Source of the DNA: an uncultured Bacilli bacterium
GTDB taxonomy: Bacteria; Bacillota_I; Bacilli_A; RF39; UBA660
Assembly: GCA_947598285.1 (NCBI GenBank)
Contig: CANQFE010000026.1
Span: forward strand, 1-16,099
Reading direction: 5' to 3'
Length of the DNA stretch: 16,099 bases
The notes below the pieces were generated by a model. That model saw nothing but the letters and a program-made list of their open reading frames with translations. It did not search any database and had not been told where the DNA came from. Each line of letters begins with the position of its first letter. Within the stretch, counting starts at the first letter, position 1. Positions 1 to 6,823 of this stretch are shown piece after piece. The position numbers and the translations under genes are program-made.

Positions 1-1230
1 ATGAATGCTAGTTTTAAAAGTAAAGTAACAGTTATAGCAAGTTACTTAAAGAAAGAAGAAGTACCACCAGAAGTAGCTTTAAATTTGATCAATTGTGGAA
101 CAAGCATCACAGCCAATGTAGAAACAACGGGAAATAAGATAACAAGTTATGAGTATACCATCAATGATGAAAATCCACTTACAACAAATGAGAGCAGTCA
201 CACTTTTAATGGCTTAGAAAATAAAGAATACCATATCAAAGTAAAAGTAACAGATGAGTATCAAAATGTCACTGAACAAGAAAGTAGTATAACAATAGAA
301 AATGAAATGATAAATATATTAAATAAAGAGATCCCAGTTGTAAGTTGTGGGGATGGTTTATATAAAGTAGAACATGATGGAGTAAGTGGAACAATAAAAG
401 ATGATGGTTTTAATCAAACAGAGTACCGATTTGCTGGCTTAAATCCAGATAATTATATTAGCTTTAATGAAGAAGAATGGCGAATCATCGGTTTAGTAAA
501 TGTATTAATTCCACAAGTTGATGGAAGTGAAAAAGTAGAACAAAGAGTAAAAATCATAAGAAATGAAAATATTGGAAATTATGCTTGGGATGCAAAGTTT
601 CTTAATGACTGGACAAACTCGACATTAATGGAAATGCTAAATGGCATTTATTATAATAGTTCTTCTGGAGAATGTTATATGGGAAATAACAATGAAAATG
701 CTGCTATTAGTACTTGCAATTTTTCCAGTAATGGAATCAAGAATTCTTCTAAAAATCTGATTGAAGAAAATATGATTTGGAATATTGGTGTTGCTGAAGA
801 TAATCCAAATACTTTATCTTTTTATCAAAACGAAAGGGGAGTTATCACAGAAAATAGTAATCCTTATGAATGGAAAAAAGAATCGGAAACTTTTCAAAGT
901 ATTGGATTAATGTATTCCAGTGATATTGGTTATTCGGTGGGAGGAAATGAACGAGATAATTGTCTTTCTATAGAATATTTTCATGATAAAATAGGAAACA
1001 CTCAATTTACACCATGTCTTAAAAATAGTTGGTTAAGAAATAATAATATTAATGTAGAGTGGTTGCTTACACCTTATCAAACAAAATCAGCTATTTATAA
1101 GATATCATGGACACTTCATTATCGAAATACCAATGTTGCTTGTGAAGTACGACCTGCTCTTTATTTAAAATCAAATGTTACCATCCATGATGGAAATGGC
1201 AAAAAAGATTCTTCTTATACTATTTCATAA
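1..1230 (+). CDS. Surface/secreted-type protein, C-terminal part (ORF is open at the window edge and may extend upstream): Ig/FN3-like segment followed by a DUF6273-like domain
   Basis: The ORF runs from base 1 to TAA at 1228-1230. The N-terminal part (KITSYEYTINDENPLTTNESSHTFNGLENKEYHIKVKVTDEYQN) looks like a beta-sandwich repeat. The C-terminal part has the EEWRIIGL ... DWTNSTLMEMLNG ... EWLLTPYQ ... EVRPALYLK signature that I associate with the DUF6273 family (WWLRSP ... VRPAL). It is rich in Asn/Ser, typical of extracellular proteins in AT-rich Firmicutes. The domain assignment is from memory, not from a search. Confidence 0.55.
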   Translation: MNASFKSKVTVIASYLKKEEVPPEVALNLINCGTSITANVETTGNKITSYEYTINDENPLTTNESSHTFNGLENKEYHIKVKVTDEYQNVTEQESSITIENEMINILNKEIPVVSCGDGLYKVEHDGVSGTIKDDGFNQTEYRFAGLNPDNYISFNEEEWRIIGLVNVLIPQVDGSEKVEQRVKIIRNENIGNYAWDAKFLNDWTNSTLMEMLNGIYYNSSSGECYMGNNNENAAISTCNFSSNGIKNSSKNLIEENMIWNIGVAEDNPNTLSFYQNERGVITENSNPYEWKKESETFQSIGLMYSSDIGYSVGGNERDNCLSIEYFHDKIGNTQFTPCLKNSWLRNNNINVEWLLTPYQTKSAIYKISWTLHYRNTNVACEVRPALYLKSNVTIHDGNGKKDSSYTIS

Positions 1231-1256
1231 AAAAAAGAGTTTATTAATCCTCTTTT
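1231..1256. terminator. Possible weak bidirectional hairpin between convergent genes
   Basis: AAAAGAG (1233-1239), a 10-nt loop, then CTCTTTT (1250-1256), flanked by an A-run and T-rich sequence. It is only a 7-bp AU-rich stem and it overlaps the last codons of the minus-strand ORF. Confidence 0.25.
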
Positions 1257-1510
1257 GTGGTATTTTGCTGAAACATTTTTAAAAAATCATGAAATCCACC
1301 AGCACCCATCGTGGCTGAAAAACAGAGTACCAAGGCTTGCAAAAGATTGGGTTCTAAGTGAGTAAAAAAACAAATAAAAGCACTAATAAAAGCAATCAAA
1401 ACATTTTGAAGAGGAATGTATTTACGGGGAAGTGTTTGCCATTTTAGTTTCACAAAAGCACCTAATATATAGGTAACTATAGCTACAACTAGAACATAGG
1501 TAACTTGCAT
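1244..1510 (-). CDS. Small integral membrane protein, phage-holin-like
   Basis: 88 aa with hydrophobic segments VLVVAIVTYILGAFV, IPLQNVLIAFISAFICFF and LLQALVLCFSATMGAGGF, and a polar/charged tail (QQNTTKED). The KYIPL ... GAGGFHD pattern resembles Gram-positive phage holin families. Its ATG (1508-1510) directly abuts the stop (1511-1513) of the upstream gene. Confidence 0.5.
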   Translation of the reverse strand: MQVTYVLVVAIVTYILGAFVKLKWQTLPRKYIPLQNVLIAFISAFICFFTHLEPNLLQALVLCFSATMGAGGFHDFLKMFQQNTTKED

Positions 1511-1867
1511 TTAAATTTTTCCTTCTTTCTTTAATTTTTCCCATTCTTCATGGATATACGAATTTCCTTTTAAAGAAACATAACGATCATAAAGTTGACA
1601 AGCATTTTCTTTTTGAACTTGGTTTTTTTCAATTCCTTGCTCTAAATCATTTATAAAATTAGTTAAACTCATTTTTAAAAACTCCAATTCAATGCTATTT
1701 CGACTTTCTAAAGAGACTTGCTCTAGATGTTCTATTTTTTGATTTAAAGGAGTAAGTATTTTTTGAATCATTTTTTTTGAGAAAGTAATAAGACTAATAA
1801 TCGCTCCAATAAAAATACTACTAAAAGAAATAAAAGCTGCAATTTGACCTAAAGTAATATTTTCCAT
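1511..1867 (-). CDS. Membrane-anchored coiled-coil protein of unknown function (N-terminal TM helix)
   Basis: 118 aa. It has an N-terminal hydrophobic helix (IAAFISFSSIFIGAIISLITF) followed by a heptad-like charged region. A GAAGGAA RBS lies upstream on the minus strand. The gene abuts the holin-like gene as TAA-ATG. Confidence 0.55.
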   Translation of the reverse strand: MENITLGQIAAFISFSSIFIGAIISLITFSKKMIQKILTPLNQKIEHLEQVSLESRNSIELEFLKMSLTNFINDLEQGIEKNQVQKENACQLYDRYVSLKGNSYIHEEWEKLKKEGKI

Positions 1868-1974
1868 TTCATTCCTTCTTTCTCTTTAAGATATGCCAAT
1901 TAAAAAAAACAAATCATGATATTAATACTAGAAAAAAAGCAATTTTTATGTTTAAATGAAGAGGGTGAATCAAA

Positions 1975-2559
1975 ATGAAAAAGAAAGTATTATTATTAGA
2001 TGTCGATGAAGTCATATGTTTTTCTGGTTTTTTACCAGTAATTAATGAATTTTTACAAACAAATTATCAAATTGATGACTTTGAAGATTATTATTTAGAT
2101 AATGTTTTAATACCTTACGACCGAAAAGAAGAATTTTATCAATTTTTTAGAACCAAAAATATTTATCAAGAACCAGAGCTTTTACCTCATGCCATTGAAA
2201 CGGTAAAAAAATTATATCAAAAATATGATTTATATATTTTATCTGCTTGTATTAATATTGCCGATTATGATGGTTCAGGAAGAATTTTTACAGATAAATA
2301 TAATTTTTTACGAAAATACTTTCCTTTTATAGAACCAGAACGATTTATTTTTACAAGTTCAAAACAACTTTTAAAAGCGGATATTCAAATAGATGATTGC
2401 TTAGAAAATTTAAAAGAAGAAAGAGAACTAAAAATATTATTTCCTTCATATCATAATAAAAAAATAACTGAAGAAGAATTAAAAAAATATCATGTGATAA
2501 GAGCTGGATATGATTGGCGTGAAGGTTGGGATGAAGTTGCCAAAATTTTATTAAAGTGA
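1975..2559 (+). CDS. HAD-superfamily 5'(3')-deoxyribonucleotidase-like protein (NT5C / YorS-YqfW type)
   Basis: N-terminal DxDxV motif (LLLDVDEVI). Layout LPHAIETVKKL..YDLYILSA ... DKYNFLRKYFPFIEPERFIFTSSK...ADIQIDD ... YHN matches the NT5C family architecture as I recall it. AGAGGGTGA RBS precedes the ATG at 1975. Confidence 0.6.
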   Translation: MKKKVLLLDVDEVICFSGFLPVINEFLQTNYQIDDFEDYYLDNVLIPYDRKEEFYQFFRTKNIYQEPELLPHAIETVKKLYQKYDLYILSACINIADYDGSGRIFTDKYNFLRKYFPFIEPERFIFTSSKQLLKADIQIDDCLENLKEERELKILFPSYHNKKITEEELKKYHVIRAGYDWREGWDEVAKILLK

Positions 2560-2568
2560 GTTGAAAAA

Positions 2569-3447
2569 ATGGAAAATGGATTAAGTATACTAAAAGAAGA
2601 ATATGATGATAAAGATTTTCAAAAAATAAAAGAAGGTTATCGCGCTCAACGATATTCTACTTTTCGCATCAATACTTTAAAGACAACGAAAGAAAAAGTT
2701 TTAAAAGAATTACAATCGAAAGGTTTTGAATATGATACTGTTTCTTGGTATGAAAATGCTATTATTATAAAAAATAAAACCAAGCAAGATTTACAAGAAT
2801 TACCTATGTTTCAAAAAGGTGAAATTTATTTACAAAGCCTTTCTTCTATGATTCCACCGCTAGTTTTAAATCCTCAAAAAAACGAGGCAATATTAGATAT
2901 GACAGCCGCGCCTGGTTCAAAAACAACACAGATGGGAATAGATTCTAAAAATCAAATCATGATTACCGCTTGTGAAAAAAATTTGATTCGTTATGAAAGA
3001 CTCAAATACAATTTAAAACTGCAAAATGTGACTTGCTGTACCACTTTAAAAGAGGATGCAAATTCTTTAGATGATTGTTTTTCTTTTGATAAAATTTTAC
3101 TAGATGCCCCTTGTTCAGGAAGTGGAACAATAAGTTTTCTTCATCCAAAAGATTACTCCACAGAAGAAATTAAAAAATACTCTGAAAAACAACAAAAACT
3201 TTTTCGTAAAGCTCTTACTTTATTAAAGAAAGGTCATATCATGGTTTATTCTACTTGCTCTTTATTTCGAGAAGAAAATGAAAAAGTATTAGAACAAATG
3301 AGCAAAGAATTTTCTTTAGAAATTATCCCAATTAAAATAGATCAAGCTGATTTTCCTGTTTTAAAATCAACCATCCCCGGAACAATATTAATTTGTCCTA
3401 CAAATGAGTATGAAGGCTTTTTTGTGGCACTCATAAAAAAATTATAA
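2569..3447 (+). CDS. rRNA (cytosine-C5)-methyltransferase, NOL1/NOP2/Sun (RsmB/RsmF) family, short form without NusB-like N-domain
   Basis: SAM-binding motif DMTAAPGSKTTQM and both catalytic Cys motifs (LLDAPCSGSGT and MVYSTCSL). Length 292 aa. Confidence 0.85.
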   Translation: MENGLSILKEEYDDKDFQKIKEGYRAQRYSTFRINTLKTTKEKVLKELQSKGFEYDTVSWYENAIIIKNKTKQDLQELPMFQKGEIYLQSLSSMIPPLVLNPQKNEAILDMTAAPGSKTTQMGIDSKNQIMITACEKNLIRYERLKYNLKLQNVTCCTTLKEDANSLDDCFSFDKILLDAPCSGSGTISFLHPKDYSTEEIKKYSEKQQKLFRKALTLLKKGHIMVYSTCSLFREENEKVLEQMSKEFSLEIIPIKIDQADFPVLKSTIPGTILICPTNEYEGFFVALIKKL

Positions 3448-3476
3448 TATCTTTTTTGATTTACATTTCTTTTCAA

Positions 3477-3505
3477 GGCCGTTTGTAAGACGGTCGTTTC
3501 TTTGT
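3477..3505 (+). terminator. Possible rho-independent terminator after the methyltransferase gene
   Basis: GGCCGT (3477-3482), a 7-nt loop, ACGGTC (3490-3495) with one G-U pair, followed by the T-rich GTTTCTTTGTT. The stem is short. Confidence 0.35.
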
Positions 3506-3511
3506 TATAAT
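3483..3511 (+). promoter_or_regulatory. Sigma-A-type promoter for eno (extended -10)
   Basis: TTGTAA (3483-3488), 17-nt spacer, TGtTATAAT (TG at 3503-3504, TATAAT at 3506-3511). It sits ~23 nt upstream of the eno ATG, with AAAGAGGAAA as RBS. Confidence 0.5.
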
Positions 3512-3533
3512 AAAAATAGGAAAGAGGAAAAAT

Positions 3534-4820
3534 ATGTCAAAAATAAAAAATATATATGCAAGAGAAGTCTTAGATTCAAGAGGAAATCCAACCGTTGAAG
3601 TAGAAGTAACTACTGAAAGTGGAATAATTGCTCGGGCGATTGTTCCAAGCGGAGCTTCAACAGGTGAAAAAGAAGCCTTAGAACTTCGCGATAATGACCC
3701 CAAAAGATACTTAGGAAAAGGCGTTTTAAAAGCAGTATCTCATGTGAATCATGAAATCAAAAATGCCGTTCTTGGTTATGAAGTAACAAATCAAACTGAA
3801 ATTGATGAACGATTAATCTCTCTTGATCATACAGAATCTAAAACGAACTTAGGAGCTAATGCCATTTTAGGAGTCAGTTTAGCTGTTTCTCATGCTGCCG
3901 CCAAAGAAAATCATCTTCCTTATTACCAATATTTACAACCTCAAGATCATTATTTTTTACCAGTACCAATGATGAATGTTTTAAATGGTGGAAGTCATGC
4001 CGATAACTCGATTGATTTTCAAGAATATATGATTGTTCCAGTGGGTGCTCAAACATTCCGGGAAGCTGTTCGCATGGGAAGTGAAGTATTTCATCACTTA
4101 AAAAATATTTTAAAAGAACAAAATCAAGTCACTTCAGTAGGAGATGAAGGAGGATTTGCACCCAATCTAAAAGATAATGAAGAACCTCTAGATAATATTA
4201 TAAAAGCAATTCAAAGAGCAGGTTATGTTCCAGGAAAAGATATTTTTTTAGCTTTGGATGTCGCGGCAAGTGAATTTTATAACCCCGAAACCAAATGTTA
4301 TGAATTAAAGAAAAGTAATGGTGGAGTAAAAACTACAGAAGAAATGATTTCATGGTATGAAAAATTAATTTCTAAATATCCAATTTTTTCTATTGAAGAT
4401 GGATTAGGAGAAAATGATTGGGATGGATGGCAAGAACTAACCAAACGCCTTGGAAAAAAAATTCAATTAGTTGGCGATGATTTATTTGTAACGAATGCAT
4501 CTTTACTTCAAAAAGGAATTGAAAAGAATGTCGCGAATTCCATATTAATTAAAGCCAATCAAATTGGCTCATTAAGTGAAACTTTAAAGACTGTTTCACT
4601 AGCCAAAGAACATCATTATTCCTGTATTATTTCTCATCGAAGTGGCGAAACAGAAGACACCACTATTGCCCATCTAGCAGTAGCCTTAAATACGTTACAA
4701 ATTAAAACGGGTTCGATGTCAAGAACTGAAAGAATTTGCAAATATAATGAACTCATGCGAATTGAAGAATTATTAGGCGAAAAAGGAACGTATGCTGGTT
4801 CTAGTATCTTAAAAAATTAA
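3534..4820 (+). CDS. eno: Enolase (phosphopyruvate hydratase)
   Basis: 428 aa. Hallmark N-terminus [19 protein letters not shown], plus motifs SHRSGETED and [13 protein letters not shown]. Full-length architecture. Confidence 0.97.
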   Translation: MSKIKNIYAREVLDSRGNPTVEVEVTTESGIIARAIVPSGASTGEKEALELRDNDPKRYLGKGVLKAVSHVNHEIKNAVLGYEVTNQTEIDERLISLDHTESKTNLGANAILGVSLAVSHAAAKENHLPYYQYLQPQDHYFLPVPMMNVLNGGSHADNSIDFQEYMIVPVGAQTFREAVRMGSEVFHHLKNILKEQNQVTSVGDEGGFAPNLKDNEEPLDNIIKAIQRAGYVPGKDIFLALDVAASEFYNPETKCYELKKSNGGVKTTEEMISWYEKLISKYPIFSIEDGLGENDWDGWQELTKRLGKKIQLVGDDLFVTNASLLQKGIEKNVANSILIKANQIGSLSETLKTVSLAKEHHYSCIISHRSGETEDTTIAHLAVALNTLQIKTGSMSRTERICKYNELMRIEELLGEKGTYAGSSILKN

Positions 4821-4833
4821 AAACTTTTTCTTT

Positions 4834-4883
4834 AAAATTGACGAAATTTTAACATTTAAAACTTTACGTCAATTTTTTTTTTT
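4834..4883 (+). terminator. Rho-independent terminator downstream of eno
   Basis: A 10-bp stem, AAAATTGACG (4834-4843) pairing with CGTCAATTTT (4867-4876). The 23-nt loop can itself partly pair. The stem runs into an 11-T tract (4873-4883). Confidence 0.75.
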
Positions 4884-4891
4884 GTTATACT
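4863..4891 (+). promoter_or_regulatory. Candidate promoter for parE-parC (extended -10), partly embedded in the eno terminator
   Basis: TTTACG (4863-4868), 17-nt spacer, TGtTATACT (TG 4883-4884, TATACT 4886-4891). AAGGTGAGAG RBS precedes the ATG at 4908. The -35 is imperfect and the leader would be very short. Confidence 0.35.
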
Positions 4892-4907
4892 TTTATAAGG
4901 TGAGAGT

Positions 4908-6815
4908 ATGGCAAAAGAAAATACTTACGATGAACATTCAATTAAAATATTAGAAGGATTAGAAGCAGTAAGAAAACGTCCAGGAATGTATATTGGTTCT
5001 ACGGATAAAAGAGGCTTACATCATTTAGTTTGGGAGATTGTCGATAACTCAATTGATGAAATTATTAATGGCTATGGAAATTATATTAAAATTTTACTTC
5101 ATAAAGATGGTTCCATCACCATTGCTGATAATGGCCGTGGAGTTCCCATTGGCATGCATGAAAGTGGCAAAAGTACTCCGGAAGTCATTTATACAGTATT
5201 GCATGCTGGTGGAAAATTTGAAAATTCAGGGTATAAAGTATCTGGAGGTCTTCACGGGGTTGGTGGCTCTGTTGTTAACGCCTTATCCTCAAAAATGAGT
5301 GTAATGATTTATCGGGAAGGCAAAATTAGTGAGATTAAATTTCACGATGGCGGGAAAGTAGAAACTCCTTTAAAACAAATTGGCGAATCTAAAAAAACAG
5401 GAACCATTGTCACTTTTTTACCTGATAAAGAAATATTTAAAAATTGTAATTTTTCTTTTACAACAATCTGTGAAAGAATGCAAGAAAGTGCATTTTTACT
5501 TTCCAATGTTACCATTGAAGTCATTGATGAAGAAGATAACTTAAATGCCAAATATCATTATGAAAATGGAATTGTTTCATTTGTAGAATACATAAATGAA
5601 AACTTAAATGCTCTTCATAAACCGATTCATTTTCAAAATAAAAAGAATGAAATTGAAGTGGAAATTGCCATGCAATACACAGACTCTTATAATGAACAAA
5701 TTTTGTCTTTTGTAAACAATGTAAAAACAGGCGATGGTGGTTCTCATGAAGTAGGCTTTAAAACAGGGCTTACCAAAGCTTTTAATGATTATGCCAGAGG
5801 AAATAATATATTAAAAGGCAAAGAAGGCTTAGATGGTGGCGATGTAAGAGAAGGATTATCGGCGATTATCTCTGTCAAAATTCCGGAACACCTTCTTCAA
5901 TTTGAAGGCCAAACCAAAGGAAAATTAGGAACACCAGAAGCCCGTAATGCAGTGGAAAGTGTAACTTATGAAAATTTAAAATTCTTCTTAGAAGAAAATA
6001 AAGAAATTGCTTTAAATATTTTAGAAAAAGCGCAAAAAAGTAAACTAGCGAGAGAAGCAGCAAGAAAAGCAAGAGAACAAGTAAGAAAAGGAACTGGTAA
6101 AAATAATAAAGAAAAAATAGTTGGTGGAAAATTAGTGAAAGCAACCGGTAAAAACTACATACAAAATGAGCTTTTTTTAGTCGAAGGGGATAGTGCTGGA
6201 GGGTCTGCCAAAACATGTCGTAATCGCGAGACTCAAGCAATTTTACCTTTAAGAGGAAAAGTATTAAATTGTGAAAAAGCAAGTCAAAATGATATTGAAG
6301 CCAATCAAGAATTAAAACAAATTGAATATGCCATTGGAGCTGGATTAGGACCTAATTTTGACTATGAAGAAAGTAATTATGGCAAAGTAATCATTATGAC
6401 TGATGCCGATGTGGATGGCTCACACATTCAAATTCTTTTGATTACCTTCTTTTATCGTTTCATGCGCCCTTTAATTGAACATGGAATGCTTTATATCGCG
6501 ACACCACCTTTATATTCCATTGAAACAAGTAAAGGAAAAGAATATATCGCGACAGATGAAGAATTACAAGAAAAGAAAAAAGGCAAAAATAATTTAAAAG
6601 TGCAACGTTTTAAAGGTTTAGGCGAAATGGATGCAAGAGAGCTTTATGAAACCACGATGGATCCTAAAAATCGCCGTCTTTATCGGGTTAATTTAACAGA
6701 TGCCGCTTTAGCAGAAAAAAGAATTCATGTTTTAATGGGTGATGAAGTTGCCCCTCGAAAAGAATGGATCAATGAAAATGTTGATTTTACATTAGAAGAT
6801 GATTTTAGAATTTAG
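4908..6815 (+). CDS. parE: DNA topoisomerase IV subunit B
   Basis: 635 aa type IIA topoisomerase B subunit. GHKL ATPase N-terminus (ILEGLEAVRKRPGMYIGS, HHLVWEIVDNSIDE). Toprim motifs LVEGDSAGGSAK, PLRGKVLN and MTDADVDGSHI. Called ParE rather than GyrB because the adjacent A subunit has ParC signatures. Confidence 0.85.
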   Translation: MAKENTYDEHSIKILEGLEAVRKRPGMYIGSTDKRGLHHLVWEIVDNSIDEIINGYGNYIKILLHKDGSITIADNGRGVPIGMHESGKSTPEVIYTVLHAGGKFENSGYKVSGGLHGVGGSVVNALSSKMSVMIYREGKISEIKFHDGGKVETPLKQIGESKKTGTIVTFLPDKEIFKNCNFSFTTICERMQESAFLLSNVTIEVIDEEDNLNAKYHYENGIVSFVEYINENLNALHKPIHFQNKKNEIEVEIAMQYTDSYNEQILSFVNNVKTGDGGSHEVGFKTGLTKAFNDYARGNNILKGKEGLDGGDVREGLSAIISVKIPEHLLQFEGQTKGKLGTPEARNAVESVTYENLKFFLEENKEIALNILEKAQKSKLAREAARKAREQVRKGTGKNNKEKIVGGKLVKATGKNYIQNELFLVEGDSAGGSAKTCRNRETQAILPLRGKVLNCEKASQNDIEANQELKQIEYAIGAGLGPNFDYEESNYGKVIIMTDADVDGSHIQILLITFFYRFMRPLIEHGMLYIATPPLYSIETSKGKEYIATDEELQEKKKGKNNLKVQRFKGLGEMDARELYETTMDPKNRRLYRVNLTDAALAEKRIHVLMGDEVAPRKEWINENVDFTLEDDFRI

Positions 6816-6823
6816 GTGAATGT

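Noticed and set aside
3473-4056. Minus-strand ORFs 3473-3703 and 3874-4056 overlapping eno
   Set aside because: They lie antisense to a near-certain enolase CDS and have low-complexity or odd composition with no RBS context. They are typical shadow ORFs of an AT-rich gene.
5038-6282. ORFs 5038-5298 (+, alternate frame), 5342-5551 (-) and 5875-6282 (-) inside parE
   Set aside because: All are nested within the well-supported parE frame. The 135-aa minus-strand one is Leu/Phe-rich, being the complement of the Lys/Glu-rich sense frame, which is the expected antisense artefact.
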